Shown in pieces: positions 1 to 10,084 of a DNA stretch of 64,000 nucleotides. Origin of the DNA: a bacterium. GTDB lineage: Bacteria; Hinthialibacterota; Hinthialibacteria; Hinthialibacterales; Hinthialibacteraceae. The position numbers were made by a program, and so were the translations under genes. Each line of letters opens with the position of its first letter. Within the stretch, counting starts at the first letter, position 1. The DNA is taken from contig CAXXMV010000006.1 in NCBI GenBank assembly GCA_963662285.2, positions 416,001 to 480,000 on the forward strand, written 5' to 3'. The notes under the pieces are model-generated. The model made no database searches. It was not told the origin of the DNA and was given only the letters and a program-made list of their open reading frames with translations.

Positions 1-1236
1 ACTCAAGGCGCCAAAGAATTGATGGAACTCTATGCTCTCTATTCAAACAAAATCACCATCAATATTATCGATCCTGACAAGGAGCCGGAAAAAGTTCAAG
101 ACTTGTCTCCCATTACTCCAAATTCCATCTATGTTAGAAAAGGCGACCAGAAAATAACTCCGGTTAATGTAACCCCCATTAACGAAAACACTCTTACCAA
201 TGCCATGATGAAACTGGTACAAGGCGGTCAAAAGGTTGTTTATTTCGTCTCGGGTCATAATGAACGCATTCTTACGGATATAACCAACCGCGACGCTATG
301 GGTGGAATGACCAAACTGCTGGAACAAGAGGGATACGCAGTTAAGGAACTTAAACTGACTACTGTAAAAGACGTACCGGCAGATGCAGTAGCCGTGGTTA
401 TCGCTGGTCCTCAACTGCCTTTCTATGATCCTGAAATAGCCGCTCTTGAGAATTATCTCAAGTTCGGCGGCAGGATGATGGTTATGCTCGATCCTGAAAA
501 TCAATCTGGATTGGAAAAATTCTTTAATGAATCTTATGGCATCGAATTCGGTAATAACTATGTTATCGAACAAAATCCACTTATGCAGATGTTTGGTCAG
601 GGAAGCCCTCTCTCACCCACTATCGGTGCGGTTGAAGCGCATCCGATTATTGATGCCTTTAAGAATGGGCTTCTACCTATACCTTTCCCTGTCGCTCAGA
701 GTATAAAAAAGTCTGATGAACTTCCTGAAGGCGTAGAAGCCACGGAATTCATCAAGACCAGTAATAAAGCATTCGGAGAAACCGATATCGCTACTCTGAA
801 AACAACTCATAAGGCGCAATTTGATCAAGGAGTAGACGTAATCGGACCAATTACTTTAGGTATAGCTTTATCCAAACCGGCTGAAGAAAAGGTCTCCGAA
901 GCAACCTCGGTCGAAGTAGCTGAAGCCAAAGAGGAAGATTCAGGCAGCGAAAAGGTTGAAGAAAAACCAGAGACGCGGCTGGTGGTCTTCGGCGACTCAG
1001 ATTTCGCTACTAACAAAGTTATCCAGAACAGTTATGATTTGTTCATCAACTCGGTTAACTGGCTCACCAATCAGGAAGACCTGATCTCTATTCGTCCTAA
1101 AGACGATTCAGGCCAACCTATTATGATCAGTAAGGTAGACGCCCGTTTCGTATTCTATACATCTTTGGTGATTCTACCTTTGTTGATCGCGATTATCGGA
1201 ATTGTGGTAATTTCGCGGAAACGTTTCCAGGGATAA
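1..1236 (+). CDS. GldG-family ABC-type uncharacterized transport system auxiliary protein (5' end outside window)
   Basis: Frame is open from base 1. Motifs VYFVSGHNE, VIAGP..F...E...L..YL..GG, RLVVFGDSDF and FINSVNWL...EDLISIRPK, plus a C-terminal TM helix; typical of the GldG/ABC_transp_aux family. Confidence 0.85.
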   Translation, partial: TQGAKELMELYALYSNKITINIIDPDKEPEKVQDLSPITPNSIYVRKGDQKITPVNVTPINENTLTNAMMKLVQGGQKVVYFVSGHNERILTDITNRDAMGGMTKLLEQEGYAVKELKLTTVKDVPADAVAVVIAGPQLPFYDPEIAALENYLKFGGRMMVMLDPENQSGLEKFFNESYGIEFGNNYVIEQNPLMQMFGQGSPLSPTIGAVEAHPIIDAFKNGLLPIPFPVAQSIKKSDELPEGVEATEFIKTSNKAFGETDIATLKTTHKAQFDQGVDVIGPITLGIALSKPAEEKVSEATSVEVAEAKEEDSGSEKVEEKPETRLVVFGDSDFATNKVIQNSYDLFINSVNWLTNQEDLISIRPKDDSGQPIMISKVDARFVFYTSLVILPLLIAIIGIVVISRKRFQG

Positions 1237-1252
1237 GAGTGAGGAATTAATT

Positions 1253-2662
1253 ATGAAAAAGAATCTCATCCTTCTTGTCCTGTTGGCCATCATCGGCGCC
1301 TATTTCTACTGGGATCGTGAACAGACAAAACAGAAGGAAGAACGCGAAGATAAACAAAGCCAGCTCTTCACTATCGAAAAAGATCAGGTTGAAGAGATCA
1401 GCGTTATCAAAGGCAATGAGACTTTCCAGGCGGTCAAGCAAGGTGATCGCTGGAAACTTATCAAACCTTTTGAAACTGATGGCGACAAAAGCACTTTGAA
1501 CAACATCGCCCGATCCTTCACCGGCGGTAAACGGCAGCGCGTCATTGTTGAAAGCGCTACTAATGTTACTGCTTTCGGATTGGATAATCCTAAATTGCAG
1601 GTTAGTCTCGCCGGAGTGAATGGAGCAACCAAATCTACTCTGCTGTTTGGAGACAAAACGCCAACCGCAGGCAAGTATTTCGCTATGGTGCAAGGCGCCA
1701 GTGATGTTATGACCGTTCAAAGCAACCTTTACACTACGGCTGACAAGCAATTATACGATTTCCGCGATAAAACCATTATCGATATGGAAACCGATCAAGT
1801 TCAAAAGATCGACATTACTCATGATAACGCAAACTTTACCCTGGAACGTAAAGACCCGGATCAATGGATTGTCTCCAGTCCGATTCAAGCGAAGGCTGAC
1901 CAGGGTAAAATCAATGAGATGATCAATGCTATAAAAAATGGAAAGATCAAACAATTCATTGATGAGAAGCCTGAGTCATTGAATGCATACGGATTGGTAT
2001 ATCCTGCGACTAAACTGGTCTTCTGGACAGGTAAAGACAGTAATCAATCCAGCTGGGCTTCGCGTGAACTTATTCTTGGTGGTACAACCTCCACCGAGAA
2101 CTTGTACGCTAAACGCGGCGGGCAGGAGAATGTCTTCGCCGTTGGTCCAACCGATTTTAATAATGTACCGGTTTCTTTAGATGCTCTACGTTTGAAGAAA
2201 ATCTTCACCCTGCGAAACTGGGAAGTTGATTACATTAAAATAACTTCGGCAGGATCAGTCTTGGTTGAAGCAACCAAGAGCGTAAGCGACTGGACCCTGC
2301 TTCAGCCGCAACAGGGTAAATCCACTTTCACTCAAACTTCCAACCTGGTTCGTGACGCAGCCATTTTGGAAGCGGCTGCTTTCGTCCATGGTACTACTCA
2401 GGAATACGGACTGGATAAGGTTGACCTGGAGATAGTGCTGGGGAAAACTGACGAAGGCAAGCAAGATGTAATCCAACTGGCTAAAGGCGATGATGGCAAT
2501 TATTACGGCGCCCGAACAGAACCATTGGAAATCTACTATTTAAGCGCTGAAAGCATCAATGCTCTTTTCGATAAAGTCAATCAGGTCAAACTCGAAGAGC
2601 AAGTCGCTGCTGAGTCGGTTGAAGATGCTATTAGCGCCGAAGCAGGCCAAGAAGAAAATTAG
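1253..2662 (+). CDS. DUF4340 domain-containing membrane-anchored protein
   Basis: N-terminal TM anchor and repeated FGLDNP/YGLVYP/YGLDK modules with W..P motifs; lies directly after GldG, the usual context; RBS gagga upstream. Confidence 0.8.
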   Translation: MKKNLILLVLLAIIGAYFYWDREQTKQKEEREDKQSQLFTIEKDQVEEISVIKGNETFQAVKQGDRWKLIKPFETDGDKSTLNNIARSFTGGKRQRVIVESATNVTAFGLDNPKLQVSLAGVNGATKSTLLFGDKTPTAGKYFAMVQGASDVMTVQSNLYTTADKQLYDFRDKTIIDMETDQVQKIDITHDNANFTLERKDPDQWIVSSPIQAKADQGKINEMINAIKNGKIKQFIDEKPESLNAYGLVYPATKLVFWTGKDSNQSSWASRELILGGTTSTENLYAKRGGQENVFAVGPTDFNNVPVSLDALRLKKIFTLRNWEVDYIKITSAGSVLVEATKSVSDWTLLQPQQGKSTFTQTSNLVRDAAILEAAAFVHGTTQEYGLDKVDLEIVLGKTDEGKQDVIQLAKGDDGNYYGARTEPLEIYYLSAESINALFDKVNQVKLEEQVAAESVEDAISAEAGQEEN

Positions 2663-2750
2663 TTATGGTTTAAGTACCATTATGTTTTGCAATTTTTGTT
2701 CCTACATAATTACATGCTGTATTAGATAGGTTTGCATAATAAAAATCTTA

Positions 2751-2793
2751 TTCGCGTTCAAAAAACCCTGAAAACAGGTTTTTTGAACGCGAA
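2751..2793. terminator. Long near-perfect inverted repeat (terminator-like hairpin)
   Basis: ttcgcgttcaaaaaaccctg-aaaa-caggttttttgaacgcgaa downstream of the DUF4340 gene. Confidence 0.5.
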
Positions 2794-3008
2794 ATACAGA
2801 TAAGAATAATGTGTACGCCAACTTAAGGTATAATAACTTTGTTATTTTGGGTGATTTTTACGGAACATTGCTCACCCGGTTTCATCAAGCCCATCGAGAA
2901 AAAATTGGATCAAGACCTGCTTTTCTAACCTCCACTGCTGGAAACTTCACCTCATTCATGATAAAACTATCTTGTGCTTGGAAAACATAATGAAAGGCCG
3001 GATATATC

Positions 3009-5063
3009 ATGAGAAATATTAAACTATTATTAATCGTTATCGCAACTTCATTTGTTTTGGGATCATGCGTCTCGAATCAGATCGTTGTTCCACCCGATAC
3101 TACCGTCTACTACGTTTCTCCCGACGGTAATGACTCATGGTCTGGAACTATAGCGTCTCCCAGCGGCATTAACGGTCCATTCGCCACTATCAGCCGCGCC
3201 CGCGACGCCATTAGAACGTTGAAAAAAGAAGGTCTTTTTAATCAATCAGTCATAGTCTACGTACGCCAGGGGACTTATTTCCTGGATCAGGCGCTTGAAT
3301 TTACGCCGGAAGATTCTGGCGACCAGAGCCGTAGTATCACCTATTGCGCTTATCCCGGTGAGAAGGTTGTGTTGAGTGGAGGGGAAAAGATAACTTCGAA
3401 ATTGATTCCAACCGAATCGGGCGTGGTCAAGACAGCCATCCCCCAAGTAACCCAAGGCGATTGGTTCTTTTATCAACTGTTCATCAATGGAGAACGCCGC
3501 ACCCGCGCCCGCACGCCCAATGATGGTTTCTTTAATATGGTCGGCCAGATGAAACTGGAAGGTCCGGCGCATTTCACATTTAATAAAGATGACATAAAAG
3601 CAGAGTGGGCAGGCCGGGGCGACGTGGATGTAATTGGTCTGGCCAAGTGGGCAGAAATCCGTATGCCTATTGCTGCGGTTGATGCTAAAGAGAATACAGC
3701 GACGCTGACCAAACAGGTTCCTCCCAGCAACTGGAACGGCGCCGAGAATCCACGTTATTGGATCGAAAACGCTCCCCAGGCGCTGGATCAACCCGGCGAA
3801 TGGCGGCTGGACAAACATACCGGCATATTGTCATTAATCCCCAAAGCGGATGATGATATCAATGACCTGTGCATCATCGCCCCGCGTTTAGAGCATATCA
3901 TTCGTATAGCGGGCGAACCTGAGAAAGAGCGTTTTGTGAGCAACCTATGTTTTAAGGATTTCGCGTTTAAGCACACCATCGCTCCTAAATTGCAGGAAGG
4001 GTATGACGACGTACAGGCGGCCTATAATATTTCTGCGGCCTTCAGCGCAGAGGGCGCCAGGAACTGCCGCGTGCAGAATTGCCAGTTTACCCAAATCGGA
4101 AACTACGCAGTCGAATTCGCCAAAGGCTGCCAGGATAACGTCATCATTGGAAATGAAATGGGCGACATCGGCGCCGGCGGTGTGAAGATTGGCGAACCAG
4201 TCATGCGTGAAGGGGCATTAGATGCACGGGGCAACCAGGTTACCGACAACCATATTCACCATATAGGAGTGATGTATCCAGCAGCGGTTGGCATCTGGGT
4301 CGGTCAAAGCAGTTATAACCTTCTGGCTTATAACCACATTCATCATTCCTACTACACTGGTTTATCTGTGGGCTGGTCATGGGGATATCATCCAACCGGC
4401 GCCCATCATAACATAGTTGAATTCAATGACGTCCATCATATAGGGCAGGGCATCCTGAGCGACATGGGCGGCATCTATACCCTGGGAACCCAACCGGGAA
4501 CCGTGATTCGTTACAACCTGTTCCATGATATCTATTCATTCAGTTACGGCGGTTGGGGCATCTATCCCGACGAAGGCAGTACGCGCATCCTGGTTGAGAA
4601 TAATGTGACCTACCGCACCAAAAGCGCGGGCTTCCATCAGCACTATGGTAAAGAGAATACCATCAGAAATAATATTTTCGCCTTCGCCAAGGAGTATCAG
4701 GTAATGCGCACCCGCGCTGAAGAACACCTCTCATTGACCTTTGAGCGAAATATCGTAATCTTCGACCAGGGAGAATTATTGGGCAGCAACTGGTCAGGTG
4801 AGAATTACAAATTAGATAATAATATCTATTGGGATACCCGTCAGAAAGAGATTCGTTTCTCCAAATGGTCATGGGATGAATGGCGCGCTAAAGGCAACGA
4901 CAAAAATTCGCTTATCGTCGATCCCATGTTTGAAAATGCGCTGGAATATGATTTCCGTTTGAAAGAGAATTCGCCAGCACAGAAGATTGGATTCAAGCCG
5001 ATAGATTTAAGCAAAATCGGCCCTAGGGAAGAATTCGCTTTTGATTGCCCAAGCGCAAAATAA
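3009..5063 (+). CDS. Right-handed parallel beta-helix lipoprotein, GH141-like glycoside hydrolase
   Basis: Lipobox LGSC; YYVSPDGNDSWSG..GPFATISRARDA, QLFINGER..RAR.PN, DMGGIYTLG and GWGIYPDEGS motifs. Confidence 0.7.
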   Translation: MRNIKLLLIVIATSFVLGSCVSNQIVVPPDTTVYYVSPDGNDSWSGTIASPSGINGPFATISRARDAIRTLKKEGLFNQSVIVYVRQGTYFLDQALEFTPEDSGDQSRSITYCAYPGEKVVLSGGEKITSKLIPTESGVVKTAIPQVTQGDWFFYQLFINGERRTRARTPNDGFFNMVGQMKLEGPAHFTFNKDDIKAEWAGRGDVDVIGLAKWAEIRMPIAAVDAKENTATLTKQVPPSNWNGAENPRYWIENAPQALDQPGEWRLDKHTGILSLIPKADDDINDLCIIAPRLEHIIRIAGEPEKERFVSNLCFKDFAFKHTIAPKLQEGYDDVQAAYNISAAFSAEGARNCRVQNCQFTQIGNYAVEFAKGCQDNVIIGNEMGDIGAGGVKIGEPVMREGALDARGNQVTDNHIHHIGVMYPAAVGIWVGQSSYNLLAYNHIHHSYYTGLSVGWSWGYHPTGAHHNIVEFNDVHHIGQGILSDMGGIYTLGTQPGTVIRYNLFHDIYSFSYGGWGIYPDEGSTRILVENNVTYRTKSAGFHQHYGKENTIRNNIFAFAKEYQVMRTRAEEHLSLTFERNIVIFDQGELLGSNWSGENYKLDNNIYWDTRQKEIRFSKWSWDEWRAKGNDKNSLIVDPMFENALEYDFRLKENSPAQKIGFKPIDLSKIGPREEFAFDCPSAK

Positions 5064-5160
5064 GCAGTATTATTAGTTAATAATATTTTGCTATAAAACT
5101 AAAAACAGCAGTCAGATTATGCTTATTCAGTCAATTGAAATGTATAAGGTTTTTGATAAC

Positions 5161-5299
5161 AACCCCCCTTGAATTCTCCCCCAACTTGGGGGAGAGGGAT
5201 TTTGGAGAAATAACTAGTGATATTGTTGAGACTTAGTTATACAAAAAACCGAAGATAATAATTCCTCTCCCAAGATTGGGAGAGGTTAGGAGAGGGTTG
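5161..5299. repeat. Inverted pair of REP-like palindromes (family A)
   Basis: 5161-5200 is a reverse-oriented copy and 5261-5299 a forward copy of cctctccc-aagatt-gggagagg-ttaggagagggtt. Confidence 0.7.
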
Positions 5300-5368
5300 A
5301 TATTGGTAATCTTCGTAGATAAATAACCAACAATATCAAGTGTGCTTCTCAGTAAAGCGAGAACGATC

Positions 5369-5932
5369 ATGCCGATCCTGAAAGAAAAAGAACGGTATAC
5401 CTACAAGGATTATTGCGGTTGGCCGGATGAAGAACGGTGGGAACTGATCGACGGCGTAGCTTATGATATGACGCCCGCGCCCATCTTAAGACATCAGGAT
5501 ATTGTTTTAAATCTTGGCGGCATCCTCAAAAATGCGCTCAAGGAAAAGCAATGCATAGTCGGCATTGCTCCAACGGATATAGTTTTGTCGGATCATGATG
5601 TCGTGCAGCCGGATGTTTACGTCGTTTCTGATAAAACCAAGATAACCGAAAAGAACATCCAGGGAGCGCCTGATTTCGTAGCGGAAATATTGAACCCTTC
5701 AACATCCAAAAAAGACCGTTGGATTAAGAAGAAACTTTATGAAAAATATGGCGTCCGCGAATACCTTATTATCGATCCGGATGGTGAATATATCGAACGT
5801 TATCTATTAGTGGATAAAGGTAAATTCGATCAAGGCGAGGCCTTTGATACGGATAGCGTCATGCAACTGAAATCTCTATCCGGTCTGAAAATTTCAGTAC
5901 AGGATATGTTTAGCAAATCAATTGATGTGTGA
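5369..5932 (+). CDS. Uma2 family (DUF820) PD-(D/E)XK endonuclease, copy 1
   Basis: RWELIDG..Y.M.PAP..RHQ, VVQPD, GAPD.V.EI..PST and K..LYEKYGVREY motifs. ATG 5369 preferred over GTG 5342. Confidence 0.9.
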   Translation: MPILKEKERYTYKDYCGWPDEERWELIDGVAYDMTPAPILRHQDIVLNLGGILKNALKEKQCIVGIAPTDIVLSDHDVVQPDVYVVSDKTKITEKNIQGAPDFVAEILNPSTSKKDRWIKKKLYEKYGVREYLIIDPDGEYIERYLLVDKGKFDQGEAFDTDSVMQLKSLSGLKISVQDMFSKSIDV

Positions 5933-5955
5933 TTATAAATAATCTGTGTCCAAAC

Positions 5956-5994
5956 ATTCCTCTCCCAAGATTGGGAGAGGTCAGGAGAGGGTTG
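5956..5994. repeat. REP-like palindrome family A copy at the start of the duplicated unit
   Basis: attcctctcccaagattgggagaggtcaggagagggttg, near-identical to 5261-5299. Confidence 0.8.
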
Positions 5995-6064
5995 ATAAAG
6001 GTAATCTTCGCATAAGCATAAGCAATAATATCAAGTGTACTTCTTCCGCAAAGCGAGAATGATT

Positions 6065-6628
6065 ATGCCGATCCCGAAAGAGAAAGAGCCATATTCCTAT
6101 AAGGATTATTGCGGTTGGCCGGATGAAGAACGGTGGGAAATAATCGACGGTGTAGCTTATGATATGACGCCCGCGCCCATCTTAAGGCATCAGGATATTG
6201 CCGGGAACTTTTTTGTTATCCTCAAAAATGCGTTAAAGGAAAAGCAATGCGTAGTCGGCATTGCTCCAACGGATATAGTTCTGTCGGAGCATGATGTTGT
6301 GCAACCGGATGTTTACGTCGTTTGCGATAAAGAGAAACTAACCGAAAAGAACATCCAGGGGGCGCCTGATTGCGTCGCGGAAATATTGAGTCCTTCCACA
6401 TCCAGAAAAGACCGTTGGATCAAGAAGAAACTTTATGAAAAATACGGCGTCCGTGAATATCTTATTATCGATCCGTCTGGTGAGTATATCGAACGTTATC
6501 TATTAGTGGATAAAAGTAAATTCGATCAAGGCGAGGCCTTTGATACAGATAGCGTCATGCAACTGAAATCTCTATCCGGTCTTGAAATTTCAGTACAGGA
6601 TGTGTTCAGTAAATCAATTGGCTTATGA
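6065..6628 (+). CDS. Uma2 family endonuclease, copy 2 (tandem duplicate)
   Basis: Highly similar to 5369-5932 at both protein and DNA level. Confidence 0.9.
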   Translation: MPIPKEKEPYSYKDYCGWPDEERWEIIDGVAYDMTPAPILRHQDIAGNFFVILKNALKEKQCVVGIAPTDIVLSEHDVVQPDVYVVCDKEKLTEKNIQGAPDCVAEILSPSTSRKDRWIKKKLYEKYGVREYLIIDPSGEYIERYLLVDKSKFDQGEAFDTDSVMQLKSLSGLEISVQDVFSKSIGL

Positions 6629-6675
6629 TTATACATTGATATATATTTTATACCCGCTCAAAAAAGGAAGAAGAG

Positions 6676-8595
6676 ATGAAATCATTCTACGCATTGCTGT
6701 TAATGGCAATCATAGTACAGACTGCATCCAGCCGGGAATTTCATGTTTCCATCCAAGGCGCCGACGACAATGAAGGTTCATTATCCCAGCCTTTCAGAAC
6801 CATATCCGCTGCAGCAGAGGCCGCTCAGCCGGGCGATGTAATCACTGTGCATGAAGGGACGTATCGCGAACGGATCACTCCACCCCGCGGCGGCGAATCA
6901 GATGACAAGCGGATCGTGTATCAAGCCGCCCAAGGCGAAGAGGTAATCATCAAAGGTTCGGAGATTATTGATGAATGGCAACACTTCATGGGTAATGTCT
7001 GGAAGGCGATTATACCCAATTCATTCTTCGGCGAATACAATCCTTATAAGGATTTGATAGAGGGCGACTGGTTTACCGATAAAGGACGGCCTCATCATAC
7101 TGGAGATGTATATCTCAACGGAAAATCTCTGTTTGAAACCAACCTTCTGGAACAGGTTCTGAATCCCAAACCATATCCAGACGCCCGCGACCCGCAAGCC
7201 TCGTTACTAACCTGGTTTTGTGAAAGCGACAAGCAAAACACTTACATCTACGCCAATTTCCAAGGCGCGAATCCTAACAACGAACTGATAGAAATCAACG
7301 CCCGCGATGCATGTTTTTATCCCGATGAACCAGGGCGCAACTATATCACCATCCGGGGCTTCCGCATTTGCCAGGCGGCCACCCAATGGGCTGCGCCGAC
7401 CGCTGAACAAAACGGCATGATCGGTACGCACTGGAGCAAGGGCTGGATCATCGAAAACAACATCATCAGCGACTCGCGCTGTTCCGGCATCACCCTGGGC
7501 AAAGACCGCAAGACCGGACATAACGTCTGGAGTAATAATACCTACAAAGGTGGCGCCACGCATTACAACGAAGTAATCATTCGCGCCTTAAAAATTGGTT
7601 GGTCAAAAGAAAATATCGGCTCGCATATCGTCAGAAACAACACCATCTTCAATTGCCAGCAGACCGGAATCTGCGGCAGCCTGGGCGCTGTCTTCAGCCG
7701 GATTGAAAACAACCACATCTATGATATCTGGACCAAACGTCAGTTCACCGGCGCCGAAATGGGCGGCATCAAAATCCATGCCTCTATCGATATGGTCATC
7801 AAAAACAACCTAATCCACAACACTGGCCGGGGCATGTGGATGGACTGGATGGCTCAGGGAACCCGCATCTCCAACAATATTCTCTATGACAACACCGATG
7901 ACGATCTTTTTGTTGAAGTCAACCACGGCCCGTTTCTGGTCGATAATAACCTATTCCTGTCTGACGTCAGCCTGCGCGACCAATCTGAAGGCGGCGCCTA
8001 CGTCCATAATTTGATGACGGGTCAAATTAACATGTACTCCGAACTGAGCCGCGTTACTCCCTATCATGAAGCCCATTCAACCGAACTGGCCGGAGTCACT
8101 CAAATCCATGGCGGCGATCACCGTTTCTTTAATAACATCCTGATCGGCGACGGTGAAGTCCCCGATGATATTCCATCAGGAGACCAGAAAAGCAACCAAG
8201 GCTTATCTGATTATGGACTGTGGATGTACAACATCAGGGAGCATCCCTTAAGCGCAGCTGGTAATATATATTTCAACGGCGCTCAACCATATTACGAAGA
8301 AGCCAGACCGCTTGTCATGAATGACCATGATCCTCAGGTTGAGATAGTGGAAGAAGGCGGAAAGGTTTTTCTTAAAATCAACTTAGGCGACGATTTGAAT
8401 AAAGCAGTCACATCACTGGTCACAACAGAAAGCCTCGGAGAGGCGCGGATTCCTCAATTGGGCTTTGAGAATGCGGATGGTTCGCCCTTGGTAATAGATG
8501 CTGATTTCTTTGGCGCCAAAAGAAGCGAGACTGCTCCAACCGCTGGTCCATTCGAAAATCCAGGCCAGGGCAATCTTAAAATCCAACTCTGGTAG
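6676..8595 (+). CDS. Secreted right-handed beta-helix protein, GH120-like (putative beta-xylosidase)
   Basis: Signal peptide; PFRTISAAA..AQPGD.ITVHEGTYRE, AATQWAAPTAEQ.G.IGTHWSKGWIIENN and W.DWMAQGTRIS motifs. Confidence 0.7.
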   Translation: MKSFYALLLMAIIVQTASSREFHVSIQGADDNEGSLSQPFRTISAAAEAAQPGDVITVHEGTYRERITPPRGGESDDKRIVYQAAQGEEVIIKGSEIIDEWQHFMGNVWKAIIPNSFFGEYNPYKDLIEGDWFTDKGRPHHTGDVYLNGKSLFETNLLEQVLNPKPYPDARDPQASLLTWFCESDKQNTYIYANFQGANPNNELIEINARDACFYPDEPGRNYITIRGFRICQAATQWAAPTAEQNGMIGTHWSKGWIIENNIISDSRCSGITLGKDRKTGHNVWSNNTYKGGATHYNEVIIRALKIGWSKENIGSHIVRNNTIFNCQQTGICGSLGAVFSRIENNHIYDIWTKRQFTGAEMGGIKIHASIDMVIKNNLIHNTGRGMWMDWMAQGTRISNNILYDNTDDDLFVEVNHGPFLVDNNLFLSDVSLRDQSEGGAYVHNLMTGQINMYSELSRVTPYHEAHSTELAGVTQIHGGDHRFFNNILIGDGEVPDDIPSGDQKSNQGLSDYGLWMYNIREHPLSAAGNIYFNGAQPYYEEARPLVMNDHDPQVEIVEEGGKVFLKINLGDDLNKAVTSLVTTESLGEARIPQLGFENADGSPLVIDADFFGAKRSETAPTAGPFENPGQGNLKIQLW

Positions 8596-8613
8596 ATAAA
8601 AGTAACCTCACTA

Positions 8614-8650
8614 TTCTCCCCCCAAGTTTGGGGGGAGTTAGAGGGGGGTT
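8614..8650. repeat. REP-like palindrome family A copy between convergent genes
   Basis: ttctccccccaagtttggggggagttagaggggggtt. Confidence 0.7.
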
Positions 8651-8677
8651 GCCCTCCGAATATTCAAAACCTGATAA

Positions 8678-9973
8678 TCATCCCCCAATTTCCTGCATAA
8701 CAACTTCCGCCCAATCCCACAGCCGTTCAGGGTGATAACACACCGTAGAAATATCCTTCATGATGAATTCAATAGGCGCCTTGCCCTCAGATATATCCAG
8801 AATTTCACGAATCGCTTTAAGAGCCAGTTCGGGACGCCAGTCGTCTTCAACAAAGATGGCCGGGCTGGGTTTGATGCTATAAACTATCGAATCTTCGAAA
8901 CCTTCCACCATTTTGGCGAAGTTGCACCAGGGGCTGACCGAGACTTTCCTGAGCCGGGGAATCCGTTTAAGAATATCAATCTTGTTGTGTAGATGTTCGC
9001 AGCAGCCGTAGTAATTCAACCCCCAATGCTCCAACCAACGCATATCATGTTCGATGGCGAAATCCCAATGCATCTTTGGCGAGACGCTGGAGAAAATCTG
9101 CGAATTCGAACAGCCCCACATGTTATGCGGCTTGATATATGCGGGATCAAAATCCTCTCCCGGCAATTCTGAAGTATAACCGTATCCACCGGAACCGACG
9201 CGTACATTACTGCAATCCAATGCCAGTAAATTCTGTTCGACAAATTGATCTAATTCAATCATCCAGGCATCCACCAGCCGGTCTACCGCCGCATGAACCA
9301 GATCAGGTTCTTCACACAAAGCCATCATGGCATTCTCAACGCCCATCCACCGGATCAAATAATCCCAGGGCGTGAACCAGATATGGGTCTGCCCCATTTT
9401 CCTAACTGGAAGGATCCCTTCAAACACATCACAGAACGCTTGATATCTATAAGAGGTTGCTTCTTCATTATGAATCACCTCAGGCATCTGGATTTTATCC
9501 AGGTCTTTTAGGCAAGCGATCTGAATCTTAAAACGCCGTGAGACAATATCATTGGCTTCATCGGTTTTTGCAATGTCAGTATCTTCGATGATGCCGAAAT
9601 CCGTACTGTGTATAGCTAACGGGCACTCTATCCAGGGTGAGACAACCATGTCTCCCCGCATATGATCCCACTGATAAATTTCCCGACGCAAAAGCAGTTC
9701 TTGTTCCCTAGCCCATTCACCTTCACAGCGCAGCGTCAGTTCGTCGCCAAAATTCATTTCATGCCAAGGGATTTCATTAATCCAAACCATGGGGCGTTCA
9801 GGTTTAAGATCGTTGAGCAATCCCCAGAGATGAGCAGTGTGCTTATGGCAAGGCAGTGAAGCAATGTGGGCTTTTTTATCAGCTAATTCACGCAAGACCG
9901 AGCGGTCTTTATTTGAAACGGTTATTTCCCTGGCAAGAACCATCGGTGTGTAATGGCTGGGATCATGCAACAT
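8678..9973 (-). CDS. Uroporphyrinogen decarboxylase (URO-D/CIMS-like) superfamily protein, function unknown
   Basis: VSPKMHWDF, YYGCCEHLH, RKVSVSPW and KPSP motifs. Start placed at MLHDP (9973); the ORF track extends to 10075. Confidence 0.6.
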   Translation of the reverse strand: MLHDPSHYTPMVLAREITVSNKDRSVLRELADKKAHIASLPCHKHTAHLWGLLNDLKPERPMVWINEIPWHEMNFGDELTLRCEGEWAREQELLLRREIYQWDHMRGDMVVSPWIECPLAIHSTDFGIIEDTDIAKTDEANDIVSRRFKIQIACLKDLDKIQMPEVIHNEEATSYRYQAFCDVFEGILPVRKMGQTHIWFTPWDYLIRWMGVENAMMALCEEPDLVHAAVDRLVDAWMIELDQFVEQNLLALDCSNVRVGSGGYGYTSELPGEDFDPAYIKPHNMWGCSNSQIFSSVSPKMHWDFAIEHDMRWLEHWGLNYYGCCEHLHNKIDILKRIPRLRKVSVSPWCNFAKMVEGFEDSIVYSIKPSPAIFVEDDWRPELALKAIREILDISEGKAPIEFIMKDISTVCYHPERLWDWAEVVMQEIGG

Positions 9974-10084
9974 AAGATATTCCTCAATTATTGTATAGTC
10001 TGATATTGTTTGAAATATTCTAACATAACGATGTTCGGTTGAAAACAAAAGAATCTTATGCTTTTTCTTTTTCATGGAGTTTTT

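Noticed and set aside
1-2662. Gliding motility or T9SS inferred from GldG
   Set aside because: GldG with DUF4340 is widespread as an ABC auxiliary module; no T9SS genes or CTD domains are seen.
2830-2872. Possible IS terminal repeat (minus strand caatgttccgtaaaaa)
   Set aside because: No partner end or transposase remnant was found.
8575-8595. GH120-like protein ending KIQLW as tail-bearing
   Set aside because: Only a terminal aromatic residue; it does not fit the consensus.
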